Shown here: positions 25,833 to 39,249 of the stretch, piece by piece | How the letters are laid out: the number at the start of each line of letters is the position of its first letter | Numbering within the stretch: the stretch's first letter is position 1 | NCBI GenBank assembly: GCA_951406725.2 | Contig: OX597824.1 | Coordinates: forward strand, 36,580,001 to 36,644,000 | Length of the DNA stretch: 64,000 bases | DNA from: Octopus vulgaris | Lineage: Eukaryota | Direction: 5' to 3' | Notes under the pieces: generated by a model | What the model was told of the DNA's origin: nothing | Databases searched by the model: none | Seen by the model: the letters and a program-made list of their open reading frames with translations, nothing else | Translations under genes and position numbers: made by a program

Positions 25833-25894
<62 letters not shown>

Positions 25895-25917
25895 CTCATA
25901 TATATATATATATATAT

Positions 25918-26208
25918 AAGTAATTAAATGGAGTTGAATGCAGGTGTTATTCAAATTCTTTTACTTTCGACATATGTTTCAAAGACAACATTGGTTTTAT
26001 TCCAAAGGAATAAACGGTGTAAAATAATGTAGTCTTCTAATCAATTCCATTTAGTCACTTATACTATACAAATTACAGCACATTAACCCTGGGTCTCTAC
26101 CTTTGAATAGGTCGCTACATCCTTGTTACATGCGTGAATTTTGCTACCCTGGTAACCGTTTGTTTAATTTTCCATGTTAACTGGAAACAAAAGATAACTC
26201 ATTCATCC

Positions 26209-26210
<2 letters not shown>
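25918..26210 (-). mobile_element. Penelope-like remnant with partial hammerhead (~25965-26040)
   Basis: Minus strand has AGAAGAC..long hairpin..GTCTTT GAAA CATATG TC GAAAG, with a palindromic stem III; the CUGA part is missing. Bounded by (TA)n. Confidence 0.45.
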
Positions 26211-26254
<44 letters not shown>

Positions 26255-26287
26255 CAAAACAAATAGTGAAGGATTATCAATCTAGAA

Positions 26288-26414
26288 ATGGCTCTGACAA
26301 AAGTAGCATTAATTTTCTTAGGTTGTTCAATTTACCTCAATTGATCAATGGACTAATTGAGTAAACCTATCAGTAATGCCCCTATAATGATTACTGGAAA
26401 CAGCTGTAAGCCAT
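26288..26414 (+). ncRNA. type-I hammerhead motif with ~96-nt extended stem II (G8-to-A variant)
   Basis: ATGGCT CTGACAA [AAGTAGCATTA ... TAATGATTACTG] GAAA CAGCTG TA AGCCAT. Perfect 6-bp stem I, palindromic stem III, GUA site. Confidence 0.65.
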
Positions 26415-26471
26415 ATTTGCTCAAATAAAGGAATCATATGTAATGACCATTATTTTTCTTATATATATATA

Positions 26472-27382
26472 TTGGGTCATCCCATAAATAATGTGGATTT
26501 TTATACTTCTTTTATTTTTCAAAATTAAGATAAAGAAAGTTCTTTATTAATCAAAATAATAATAATAATAATACCCTCCTTCATTTTCTACAATGTTCTT
26601 CCATCTATCTGGTAGACTTGCAAGGCCCCTCTCCCAAAATTCATTTGTCTGTCATAAAAAATACTCCCCCAGTGCTGTTCTGACCTCGTCTAGAGAATTC
26701 ATATTTTTTCCATCCAAATGATTTTGAAAACTGAGGAATAAATGATAATAAGATGGACAATGTTTGGCAAATATGGTGGGTGGGGCATCGTTTCCCATTC
26801 AAACTGCTCCAGCCTTTGGAATGTCATCCTTGCTGTATGTAGCCAAGCATTATCCTGATGGAAGAAGACCCTTTGTCTTGAAACCAAGGATGGTTTTCTT
26901 CTAATGCTGACTTGAATGACTGGTTGAATGGCCAAATCTAAGCCTCTCTGCTAGTTACTCAACAGTTATGATGGGATTTTTTTCCACCAAGGTTTGTAGG
27001 ACAAACCCTACAGATCTTCCAGGATGAGGCTCATCTTCTAGGCTTTAGTTTCTGGCTTGGAATTTCTGGAACCACCAATGACATTAGCAAATGCTTACTG
27101 TCCGATCCCCATATATTGCATTAATATTCCTCACATTTTCCATTGCGTTGTTGCTTTTATTGAACTCATAAAGTAAAATATGCCGAATATGCTCCTTTGT
27201 CACTTCCATTATAGCTTTGAAAAAATAACTCTTAAAATCGAACTGCATGCTTCAACATTTGCACTAGGAACAGCACAAGGTAAAATTACTACCTGCTTTT
27301 TATATTAGGTAGTTTATTCCACCCACCTCCAACTTTTAGTTCATGCAATTGGAAAAACGGCATTATTTATGGGATTACCCAA
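26472..27382 (-). mobile_element. internally deleted mariner transposon
   Basis: TIRs TTGGGTCATCCCATAAATAATG / CATTATTTATGGGATTACCCAA in (TA)n. Minus-strand MEVTKEHIRHILLYEF (ATG at 27209), FFHQDNAWLHTA and HPPYLPNI. Confidence 0.9.
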
Positions 27383-27669
27383 TATATATATAAAAACATA
27401 TAATCATAACCCTCATCATCGTTTTCAAATGATATATAACCACTATGACTACTATTTCCATTAACGGTTTTTCCAGAAGATTCTTCAATGTTTTTGGTTT
27501 GTTTATATATATTTTTTTCTTTCCTTTTTTTCTTTTGATTGCCTTTAACATAGTCATCACTTGAAAATTCTCTGGTACAAATTTGACAACTGAGTTAGTA
27601 TTGATGTCAATTCTGATTATGACTGAGGTCAAAAGGAAAAATTCTACCATCTCTCATATATATATAATA

Positions 27670-28170
27670 TGTATGGGTGGCTTATTAGCAAGGCAAATTA
27701 ATAGACATCACTAAAGTGACAGAGAGTACTAATTAGTGCTAGTATTGCTAGAAATAAGAGTCAAAAGAACTCAATAGCCACAAAGAACTATCTTAATGAC
27801 TGTTGGTGGATATAGCCAAATTGATGATTTCGGATTTTGGTGCAGAGCAACTCATCCACATCAGCAACTCTTACCATGCCTAGAGTTAAACTCAACAATA
27901 GGCTACCCATATTATTTTGTAGTTTACACTTTTACAGTATTAAAATCAGTGTATGCATTTCAATAGTTTTCTTATAAGACTGACAGAGGGACTTGAGTTT
28001 AACCCTAGGTGCGGTAAGAGTCACAGATGAGGATTAGGATGCTCTGTATCAAACTCTGAATTCATCGATATGGCTATATCCACTTGGACCTTATCTCCCC
28101 TTGTCAGTCATATTTATCCACCAATGTGGTGTTGAGCACTCATTCTCACTGTTTGATATTAGCATATATA
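27670..28170. mobile_element. Penelope-like inverted pair with degenerate hammerhead motifs (~27818-27868 minus, ~28020-28070 plus)
   Basis: Inverted arms CTCTTACCATGCCTAGAGTTAAACTCAA / TTGAGTTTAACCCTAGGTGCGGTAAGAG and GTGGATATAGCC / GGCTATATCCAC. Motif CTGATGT GGAT..ATCC GAAA TCA TC. Confidence 0.5.
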
Positions 28171-28183
28171 TAAATTTATATAT

Positions 28184-28265
<82 letters not shown>

Positions 28266-28267
<2 letters not shown>

Positions 28268-28678
28268 TGCAGGCATGGGAGTGTTGAAGAAGCTTGCTTC
28301 CCAACCACATTGTTCCAGATTCAGTCCCCCACTGTGTGGCAGCTTGGGCAAGTGTCTTCTACTACACCCTTGAGCTGACCAAAGCCTTGTGAGTGGATTT
28401 GGTAGATGGAAACTGAAAGCATCATATCATATATACATAAATGTATACATATTTATGTGTGTGTGCCTATGTGTCTGTGTTTGTTCCCCTCACCATTGCT
28501 TGACAACTGATGTTGGTATATTTATGTCCCTGTAACCTAATGATTCAGCAAAACAGACCAATAGAATAAGTGGTAGGCTTACAAAGAATAAATCCTGGGA
28601 TTGCTGTGTTTGACTGAATCCCTTTCAAGTGGTGCTCCAGCATGGCCACAGCCAAATGACTGAAATGTGCAAAAGAAT
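28266..28678 (+). mobile_element. SINE family A
   Basis: Full-length match to family A. Confidence 0.85.
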
Positions 28679-29186
28679 ATGCGTGTATATTTATGCATGT
28701 ACACACATACACATATACACACAACTTATCATCCTCGTTGTTTTTATGACCATTTTTTCCATCAGATGGCATCAGTTGGAGGAGACATTTAGAGGCCAAT
28801 ATATGATCTACTGGAAATACTGTTTTCAGAAACATAAATGCACAAAATTATGGCTTGTGAAGACATATGCAAATAAATATTTCCTCCTCTACACACATTC
28901 ATTTGTTGATCATTCATTTTACATGCTTTTTTTTTTACATTGATTTGGTGAATATCTATTTAATTAAACCTTCCTATTGTTAACCCTTACCTGTTTTACA
29001 AACAAGGAAGGTATATTTTTTTCCAGCCTACACATATTTGAAAACATAGAACTCACAGCCAATTTGTTGACAGTGGGTTGTCAACATAGCTGACCTTTAG
29101 TAATGAACAACATTACGTAAGTTGTAAAGGTCAAGAAAACTGCAGAAAATAAACATTTACACATGTACACACACAAAAACACACAC

Positions 29187-29528
29187 ATGTGGCTGTGTGG
29201 TAAGAAGCTTGCTTCCCAGCCACATGTTTCTGGGTTCAGTCCCACTATGTGGTACCTTGGGGATGTGCCTTTTACTATATAACCTCGGGCCAACCAAAGC
29301 CTTATGAATGGATATTGTAAATGGAAGCTGAAAGAAGCCCATTGTATATATATATATAACATCATCATCATCATCATCATCATCTTCCTATCATCCTTAT
29401 TTACATGTATCTATGCATTTGTGTGTCTGTGTTTGCCTCTCCACCATTGCTTGACAACTGATCTTGGTGTGTTTACATCACTGCAACTTAGTGGTTTAGC
29501 AAAAGAGGCTGATAGAATAAGTACTAGG
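29187..29528 (+). mobile_element. SINE family A (3'-truncated)
   Basis: TGGCTGTGTGGTAAGAAGC..GGTTCAGTCCC head and body. Confidence 0.8.
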
Positions 29529-29529
29529 A

Positions 29530-30126
29530 CCCTCGGCTTACTCAAGAAATGAAGAGCTATGCTATTGTGGTTATAAAGGATGTGCATAGCAATTTAGAAA
29601 TATCTTGATTTTCAAAAGTTGCCAGACCTTTCATCTACAAAGTTTGTAAGGAGTTAGAGACTGAAGATGGAAACGTATCACCAGTATCAAAGCATAAAAA
29701 GTATTTTAAACACTCTGAAATCATCAGAACACTTGAATTTATCCTGCAAGTTCAAGAGACTATTGACTACAATCCCAGAAAGTCAATGACGTCAACTACA
29801 AAAGATCTCTATGTGTCAGAAGGAACAGTCAGAAATGTTGTCCACGAAGACATCAGATACAAGTCTTATATAATGAGGAAAGGTCAAATTTATTTGAAAG
29901 TTGCCATAATCAGAGTCACGTCCAAAATGAACCAGGACCACTTGCTTTGAGCATGTAGATGATTTAGATCACATATAGAAGCAGTTGTTGAACCTGAAGT
30001 TGGTTTTATTGAATAACATTATAGAAAAGGAGGTTTATTTTTATCCTCATAGCACTTTTTGATAAAGTTATCTGTTATTATATTATTATAAACATAAATC
30101 TGTCCTCAAATATATTATGCATCCAG
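29530..30126 (+). mobile_element. internally deleted Tc1/mariner (maT/DD37D-like) transposase remnant
   Basis: N-terminal IIRTLEFILQVQETIDYNPRKSMTSTTKDLYVSEGTVRNVVHEDIRYKSYIMRKGQ is joined to C-terminal AC..FRSHIEAVVEPEVGFIE*. Right end GCATCCAG-TA. Confidence 0.75.
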
Positions 30127-30148
30127 TATATATATATATATATATATA

Positions 30149-30375
30149 AGGCAGCAAGCTGGCAGAAACGTTAGCATGCTAGGCGAAATGCATAGCCGTA
30201 TTTCATCTGCCGTTACGTTCTGAGTTCCAATTCCGCCAAGGTCGACTTTGCCTTTCATCCTTTCAGGGTCAATAAATTAAGTACCAGTTACGCACTGGGA
30301 TTGATGAAATTGACTTAATCCGTTTGTCTGTCCGTGTTTGTCCCCTCTATGTTTAGCCCCTTGTGGGTAGTAAAG

Positions 30376-30380
<5 letters not shown>
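30149..30380 (+). mobile_element. SINE family B
   Basis: Full-length match, inserted in (TA)n. Confidence 0.88.
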
Positions 30381-30421
<41 letters not shown>

Positions 30422-30808
30422 GTATGCACACACACACACAGTATATGTTTAAACCATATATCCAATATGACTTCAAAGTTTTACCAGATATGGCTTCTCC
30501 AAATCTACAGGCTTTGAACAACCAAATAAAATTATAATAATAAATCCTTCACACACATGCAGGTATAAATTCTATAAGTGGATAATCTTTGGCAGGATGA
30601 ATGCAGCCACTGGCCCTAAGCAAATATATGGCCACTCTGGTTTCCATGAGGAAAGGGTACCAGTTGAGCAGGACCTGTCTCTTGAGGCAATGACAAAGGA
30701 GGAAACAGAGTAGAACCTACTCACTACCTTGACATTCTTCAATTTAAGAGACACATTCAATTCATTTCACTCAAGGCATATATATATATGTGTGTGTGTG
30801 TGTGTGAG

Positions 30809-31040
30809 TGCATGGCTTATTAGTTAAGGTGCTGCACTCATGATTGCAAGATCGTGGATTTGATTCCTAGACTGGGTGTTGCTCTGTGATCATTTTGACA
30901 TCTGACATGTGGCACCCATTGCACCTATACAGGTAATGTCTATCTGATGAAGAGGGAGTGAGCTTCTGTCTACACAAACATTTGATTGTTTGTTAAGAAA
31001 TTGTCAAACACTCATACATCATCTAACGAAGGGAAAGTCC
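30809..31040 (+). mobile_element. diverged tRNA-derived SINE
   Basis: TGGCTTATTAGTTAAGG A-box-like and GATTTGATTCC B-box-like; head related to family F. Confidence 0.55.
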
Positions 31041-31287
31041 ATCATATATATATATATATATATATAAATACATATATACACACACACACACATACAAACA
31101 TGTATACGCACACACACACACATATATGGGTGTTTTGTTGTCCCTTTTTTGTATCACCTAACTGTCTGGATGTTTTGCATTCTTGTCCCATTTTGCCTAT
31201 TTTGTATTTTTTACATATAAAAGCATATAGTGGCATACGTACACTTTGGTCTCTCTCTCTCTCTGTATATATATATATACACACACA

Positions 31288-31522
31288 CAGGGTGTTCAAA
31301 AAGTCTCTCTGCAGTAAATATTTAATGGTTTTTGGGCGATTCTAGCACACTGATCTTTACTTGCTCCCCAGATAAAAAAGTCTCGCAGTGTTAAATCAGA
31401 TGCTCTTGGTGACCAATGTCCCTTCGAAATAATCCATTCACCAAAAAATTCTTGAAGTAGTGCCATGGTGATGCACAGGATGAAAAAAAATTCACTGCGG
31501 AGAGACTTTTTTGAACACCCTT
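31288..31522 (-). mobile_element. Tc1/mariner (rosa/DD41D-like) mini-element
   Basis: TIRs CAGGGTGTTCAAAAAGTCTCTCTGCAGT / ACTGCGGAGAGACTTTTTTGAACACCCT. The interior translates on the minus strand to EFFGEWIISKGHWSPRASDLTLRDFFIWG, like WPPRSPDLTPLDFFLWG. Confidence 0.8.
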
Positions 31523-31589
31523 TATATGCAGTGTGTGTATGTATGTGTGTGCATGTGTCTATCTATGTAATAATGTCTGTTCTATTATA

Positions 31590-31800
31590 CTCCTTTCTAC
31601 TCTAGGCACAAGACCCAAAATTTTAGGAGAGGGAAATAGTCGATTACATCGACCCCAGCGCATGACTGGTACATATTTCCTCAAACCCAAAAGAGTGAAA
31701 GGCAAAACCAACCTTAGTGGAATTTGAACTCAGAACATAAAAGACAGACAGAATATCACTAAGCATTTTGCCCAGCATGCTGATAATTTTGCCAGCTCAG
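31590..31800 (-). mobile_element. SINE family B
   Basis: Reverse complement of the family B consensus. Confidence 0.75.
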
Positions 31801-32330
31801 TAACAGTGATCTAACATTAAAACTGAAAAATTTGGGGTTTTTGGTAAATCTACAGGATATTATTAGTTAGAGTTAATAGCTGGATGTGATATATTTTGTG
31901 TTGTATTTTATGAGGGATTTTATTATGTGTACATCTGTTTGATAGCTTTCAAGGAAAGTTGAAAAAAAAACAGAGATGGATTCAGGAGTTCTACATGTCC
32001 CAGACCAACAGCAACTAACATGGAAGAAAATATGATAAGTATAAAATAGAAAAATTAAAACTTGAAAATAGATGTGTATTTAATAAAACACATACACACA
32101 AGCACACATACAAACAAATGTGAAAATATATACAATCGCGTTCTTGCAGCTTCTGCCAAAGAAATCCAGTCCTAAGAGATGCTGAAGCTATGAGAAGATG
32201 GAGCTATAACTCAAAAGATTGTGGATCCAAACTGAAATTATTAAACACATAGCTATGCCTAGCTACAGGTATATATGTACTATATATATTTATACACACA
32301 CACTCTCACACACACATACGTTAATTGGTA

Positions 32331-32430
32331 CTAGTTACAAAGTGACTCAAGTTTCAATAAGTGCCATGCATGAGACATGAAACTTTCAACCCTTGAGTCA
32401 CTTTCTAACTTCTGCCGATTCAAACTAAAA
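32331..32430. mobile_element. family D mini fold-back with hammerhead-like motif
   Basis: Inverted repeat AGTTACAAAGTGACTCAAG / CTTGAGTCACTTTCTAACT enclosing TCAATAA GTGCC..GACAT GAAA CTT TC AACC. Another minus-strand arm lies at ~33245-33315. Confidence 0.5.
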
Positions 32431-32479
32431 AAATATTATTCCCTGTATGTCTATATATTTATGTATCATATACCTATCT

Positions 32480-32507
32480 GTTTACACATATGCACACACA
32501 TACACAC

Positions 32508-32552
<45 letters not shown>

Positions 32553-32785
32553 ATATATATAAATATATATATATAAACGAATATATACATACATACATAT
32601 ATGTATGCATGTATGTATATATTATATATACATGTATATATTTATGGATGTGTATATATATATATGTATCTATTCATGTGTATATATATGTTTGTATGCA
32701 TGTATATATATATGTATGTATGTGTATATACATATGTGTGTGTATATATATATATGTATGCATATATGTGTGTGTGTATGCATAT

Positions 32786-32838
<53 letters not shown>

Positions 32839-32875
32839 CACACATACACACATGCATATACACACATACACATGC
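32480..32875. repeat. compound (TA)n/(TG)n/(TATG)n microsatellite
   Basis: Visible repeats. Confidence 0.9.
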
Positions 32876-33207
32876 AGTATTTTATAGGAGCCTATAGCAA
32901 TGGCAATATAGTTGGAATATTAAATATGAACAATAACAATAATATAGACATTGAAATGTTACCTTAGAAATATTTAATTAGATCAGATATTTCAGGCAAA
33001 ATACTTCTCACAACAGTTAAGAGAACACTGCTCTTGAAAGGGGGCAATTTACCTGAAATATTGGGACTAATTAAATATTTCCATGGCAATATATTTATAT
33101 CTTTGTTCCTGTTATTGTTTGTATTTAGTGATCCCACTACATTGCCATTATTTAACACTGGTTTCTATAAATTCTACAACCTTTCAAGCAAACTAGAACA
33201 TTGTGTG

Positions 33208-33246
<39 letters not shown>

Positions 33247-33332
33247 TTAATCAGTATAAAGTTATGCAAGTGACTCAAGGGCAGAAAGTTTTGTGCAAGA
33301 CACTTGTCAAGTTAGATAAGTGGCACACACAA

Positions 33333-33378
<46 letters not shown>

Positions 33379-35956
33379 AAGGAAGAGACAATCAAACAGG
33401 TAGATATATGCTTTGGGTGACTACGGTTTTTTACATGGTTACCTCACACAATTGTAATATGCATTTAATGCATTAGTTTAATGTGGAGTGTTTGCTAAAA
33501 GATAAACATTTAGATAGCAGAATCCATGTAGTATGTGTGTGTTTGTGTGTTAATATTATATATTTCTATTTTATATAAATATAGACAGACAAATAGATGG
33601 ACACATAGATAACAAATCTAGAGTTGGTTGAAAATGATATAATTATGTCTTTGTACATGTTTGAATGTAGATCATGGCTGAATTATGTAGTGCAGGCCAA
33701 ATACGATCATAGGTCTTTACTTAATCAGGCATTCATACAGAATCAATGTGAATACTGAGATCTTTATAAGAATAAAGATCAATGGAAGGTAACTCTGGTG
33801 TTAAACACAACTTTTCTAGACAACTTTCTGTTTCAGGGTGTAAGGATGATGATGGAGTTTTAAATATGGTTCATAAGCCAGACAGTTTCAAATATACGCT
33901 ATTTACATGTACACACACACTATTTATGTCATGCATCTGTGGAAAATAATGCCATTTATCATAAATTTCCTATCTTGCCATCAGAACTTTTACTGAAATT
34001 TCTAATAGCAAAAGTAACAAGTGGTATTTGTGTATATGGTCTTTAAGAAACCTGTAGTTTGTAGTCAAGATGGTTTATGTTGCAGTCTCTGGATGTTGTC
34101 CTAAATTCTGATAGCTATGTCCAGAAATCCCTTTTCTCAACTAGGTTTTGGCATTGAATGTTGTGAGATAATGCTCAGGTATGATTGCATTGGTTTATGA
34201 CTGGATGATTCTCATGACAAATACTGAACAAAGGCAAACTTGTAAATACATTCTAGTAATTAAATTTCTTCAACTAAATGATTGTTTTGGTATGTTTCTC
34301 TTTATTGGCTTATACTTATTTTTATAAGGATAGGATCAGAAGTAAGAGAGAGAAGCAGTGAAAGAAGATGATGTGTAAAATGAAGTAACTGCTCATTGGG
34401 TATCTCATTAGTAGCAGTTGAAAGAATGAATTGGATGAATTACTTTAAAAAGGACATTTTTCCCAAAGAAATTCAAGATTCCATGACTTTAAATCTAACA
34501 ATATCAATAATATGAACTTACACTTTAGCTGAAAGATTTTTTCACATTGTAGGACAGTTAGGGGTGGTTCTACTTTGCATAATTCCTTAATGTTTCAGAA
34601 AACATAGCCTTTCCAGGGACATGACTTTTTATCATAATGAATAATGCTGGGAAATCTACCTGATGTAAACAGCTCTTTGAGACATTACACAATGGTTTGA
34701 GATAAGGAAAAACAAAAAGACAATGACCACCAAGAGATATTTGTTTCTAGGTATTCACTGTTTAGGGTCCACACAATCTAATGAGATACATTCTACAGTC
34801 TGAACTGGAATACCATTTACAAGGAATTGTTCCACATAATTGTAAGATTTAGGTCTTAGCTTATGTAACTATAAGAAATTCTGCAAAAACCTCAGTGGAA
34901 AACTGAAGACTTTTTTCTGTTACATGATGCAAACTTCTCACTCCCAGGTGACACCTCATGAGTACACAGAGCAGGACAGCACATTTGAGATAAGTCATGA
35001 GCACATACAAACTCTTTTACACACATCTGTAGAAAATGTTGAAACCTATAAGTTTGTCCAATGTAATATTTCATCATTCTTTATTTTACATTTCTGAGGT
35101 TTATCTATCATAAATTAGATGTTTTTGTGGTTTGTAAAATAGTTTTAAGAATCTCTCTGGGAAGTAATTTCAAATTAAATAAGTGTGGCAGTTTCCTTTT
35201 TAATAGGAAGATACAAGAATGCAATTTCAGAAAAGGTACACAAAGGATAAAAAGAGAGATATAAGACAGCCTTTTTGTGATAATGTGGCATCAAGAGCAA
35301 CATCTGACACATTAATCTCAACAGTAAATACAGTGAAGTTCTCAATAGTATGGTGGCAAGCATTTTCTATGTGGATCTGAATATTTTTGAAAAGGAACAG
35401 CTTCTTGACAAATAAAAAAATGTGTTATGTTTGATTAAAGGTCTTGCTTCATCAGAAAAAAATGTAGCACCCATTTGTTTTTCATAAACTTGCCACTCAA
35501 TGCTTTCCCAGCTTCCTTTCTATAAATAGAAAGAACTTTAAAGCAGTTATGAAGAAGCAATAAACCCAGATCAAGTGTGAGTTTATGGTTTTCAATTGAA
35601 TCTCTTAGATAAGTCATAGAGATCAAAAGGAAAAACAGTTTTTACATAAACGTGTTAAACTGGGATTTGACAAATAACAGAGATAACTGTAGATTTCTAT
35701 TATGGTTTTTCATGGAGTTACTGCATGCAAACATGAGAAGGTAGATTTAAGGTTATTCCATAAAATATTTGGCTCATCACTTGTTGAAAACATGCCGTGG
35801 CATTCATTAAGCCAAAGAGAAGTGCTGTTTCCCTGATATAACTGTTTCAAGGTTTGAAAAGTAATATAAGAATGGGTTTTAACAGCAGCAGTGGTTAAGA
35901 GTGGCTGCTTCATACTGACCTAGCTAAAATATAATACAGAGAAATATGTATTAGCT

Positions 35957-36905
35957 CAGTTTTTCCCAGCCTGGACCCATAGAAAAGTTCAGTGGGGGCC
36001 ACATAAAAATTTGTGAATTGGGTGGGCAGAGATGGGGAGTGGTCCACATAACTACCATTCTGTTTCTTCCTAAAATTTTCAGTTACTGTTCTTTAAAATT
36101 TACATTAAAAAACACACACACACATTCATAAATAAACACAAAAATGTATACACACACAATTTATTTTTTTAACACTTCAATAATAATAATTTATCACTGA
36201 TGAATACAATATCAAAGTTAACACTGGGAAGTCTTGTATTAATAAAAAAATGTATGTTACTGCTTTCAGGTTCCTATACCTGGAAGCACTCTCTAAGAGT
36301 AATCACATGCATCTGTTTGTTGAACTTTGGAACAATGGTGTAACATTTTAAAAGCTTATAATTGCTTAGAAATTCTAAGTAGATACAATTACTATTCATC
36401 TCTAAAAACCACAGACTGATATCGAAAAGCTTGTGAAACAGCATCAGCGACAAGGATTTCACTGAATAAATATAGTAAAAAAGTAATATGATATACTTCT
36501 TATATTTTCCAAGAGGATTTTTTTTTTTTTTTTCGTTTTTTAGAAGTTATTAATTTTCTAGTTGTCATTTGAAGTGTTTTTGTTATAGTGTTATAACAGT
36601 ATTTTTTTTAATGTTTATTTATCATAAATTTTACTCCAAAAAGTTTCATTACAAATTATTAGTTTTTAAATATTCACAGAAATAATTTCATGATAATAAA
36701 ACTAATTTAAAACACTTAATATTTAAAATTTTGCTATTATTCAATAAATTTTTCAAATTTATTTTTATTAAAGGATTTTAATTCTTCCGCAAGTGACCTG
36801 TGTGTACTATTAACCATTTATTACAAAATTAAAGTAATTTTTTTCTTTAATAATGTCTAGAGAGAGCCATAGAAAAATTAAAGTTTCCAGATGGGTTGGT
36901 GAGTG
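35957..36905 (+). mobile_element. internally deleted hAT (Charlie/Buster-like) element with transposase C-terminal remnant (~36290-36464)
   Basis: Left end CAGTTTTTCCCAGCCTGG. SLKPQTDIEKLVKQHQRQGFH* matches the end of the hAT dimerisation domain. Right TIR not recognisable. Confidence 0.55.
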
Positions 36906-37404
36906 GGACATACATATTTTTATGTTTCCAAGCTTGAATAAAACCTAACCCAGAAATTTGGTTGGATATTGATAAAGAGTTACAAATTATTTCAGGAAAA
37001 CATATTGTTTTCTTGGTTAATGTAGAAATAATTTAGGAAGTTTATCATGTCTTTAAAATTATCTTAATTATCATAGGATTAATTCAAGTAATTAAAAGAG
37101 TTTAGATGAGGACAAGGAAAACTGAATAGAAACTTTTCAGCTATATTGAGCCCAGTGTTTAACTTTCAAAGAAGCCAACAAGTGAAAAGGAATTGTAATA
37201 AGTCTTTAAGGACTTAAAACATTTTGGTCATATCTGGTTCTTTGAAGAACCTGTCATATAAACTAATGATAAAAGAGCTGTATATCAAAGATTTTTCTCA
37301 CAATTATACTATAGTACATAGAAAGTTTAAATAAGAATACTAGCCAATCATAATGATGTATGTATGTGCGTATGTGTGTGTATATATATATATATGTATA
37401 TATC

Positions 37405-37691
37405 CGCTGGCTTGCCAAACCTCAGTTAAACCATCCAACCCATGCCAGCATGGAAAACGGACATTAAACGATGATGATTCCGGCCCCCGTGCCAGTGGCA
37501 TGTAAAAAGCACCCACTACACTCTCAGAGTGGTTGGTGTTAGGAAGGGCATCCAGCCATAGAAACCTTGCCAGATCAGATTGGAGTCTCATGCAGCCTCC
37601 TGGCTTGCCAGTCCTCAGTCAAGCCGTCCTACCCATGCCAGCATGGAAAGCGGACGTTAAACGATGACGATTTTATGGATAATTATTATCC

Positions 37692-37722
<31 letters not shown>

Positions 37723-37760
37723 ATACCAGCATGGAAGGTGGATGTTAAATGATGATAATG
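37405..37760 (+). mobile_element. tandem cluster of RTE 3' tail fragments
   Basis: Three successive CCAGCATGGAAAxCGGAC.TTAAA.GATGA ends. Confidence 0.75.
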
Positions 37761-38735
37761 ATATGTGTGTGTGTGTGAGCGAGAGAGAGAGAGAGAGAGA
37801 GAGAGTGTGTGTGTATACATGTGTATATATCATAATCATATCATCATCATCATCAGTTTGATATTTTCCATGAGTCAGACAAAATCCATTGATATCAATT
37901 TTTTTTTTCCTTGGGCTGTCCTCCCTGTTGCCAACCTGCATTTGTTTTCAAACAAGGTAATATTTTCCCCAAGTGTGGATGTGTTTTCGCAAAAGATTCC
38001 AAACAAATAGCACCACTTATGACAGTGAGGTTTCTTTCTACTTAGCACACAATGTCAAAACAAGGAGACTGAAACACACACACATACACACATATATGTG
38101 CACACATAAAGACTGTCGTACACACACACTGCTTTATTGCTCATACAAATATGATACTCTCTCACTGGTCCATCATGAACTTACAAGGAAAGAATAACAG
38201 CAATGCACTCCAAACATGAAACTCTAATCAAAATTGGATAAGAGAACATCAATGGACAATATTTCTATAGTTTACACAATCCCCCACAAAACAGATGATT
38301 AATGTAATATATACAAACACCAGATTTATGACAACATATAAGCTGACAATTCTGGCTGGAACATCTACACCAATCACATTGGCTCTGCCTAGCTATAAGA
38401 AGACAGCAACACACAACAACATTACTTCATCTTGAAGATGAGACTAGGACTGTCCAGCAATGTTAATAATTCATCTAGGAACTTCACTGTTCCAAGCAAA
38501 CTGAAAGAAATTCATATGAAAGTATGGAGAAAGACCTAGACAACGAAGATGAAACTAGAACTCTCATGTGCATGCACATGTGTGCACATGCATACACACA
38601 CACACAAATTGGTGACTGATTTGATCACACTCCTTGAGGCTCTTACACATTCTTTATCCTGTAGTAGTATTTTTAGCATGGCTGCTTATAACATGTTTTG
38701 TAAACACTACTTAAACTGCCGTATGTGTGTCTGTG

Positions 38736-38775
<40 letters not shown>

Positions 38776-39249
38776 CACATGCATGCATGATGGTCTAACA
38801 TAGATTTTATCTTTTATCTTTTACTTGTTTCAATCATTGGACTGTGGCCATGTTAGAACACTGCCTTGAAGGATTCAGAAATTCCTTTTAAGAATTTGAA
38901 ACAATCACATTTGTCTATATAATCATTTCAATACTTCTAATTGGAGTTGTTTATCTCTAACATCTGAGCACACAGCTTTTTGACATTCTCAGAGTTGTAT
39001 CTCAAAAAAAAAAGCACCTTTCATTCCAAGTGTATTTCAATTACTTGAAGATAGGTTGGGAAACCTTCCAATTGCCACACAGTGTGAATGATTTCTTTGA
39101 TTTAATGCTATTTTTGAACTGGTCCCAAAGTAGTTACCTCCCCAAAAGAAGTAATAAGACTTTGGATCTGTTGTTTATCTGAAACAGCTATCAGCATCAC
39201 TACCAAGGAACATTTAGGGCACTCCAACCATGCTATGAGAATTGCAAAT

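Noticed and set aside
32140-32270. Possible exon (TTGCAG ... CAG/GTATAT)
   Set aside because: All frames on both strands contain stops across the interval.
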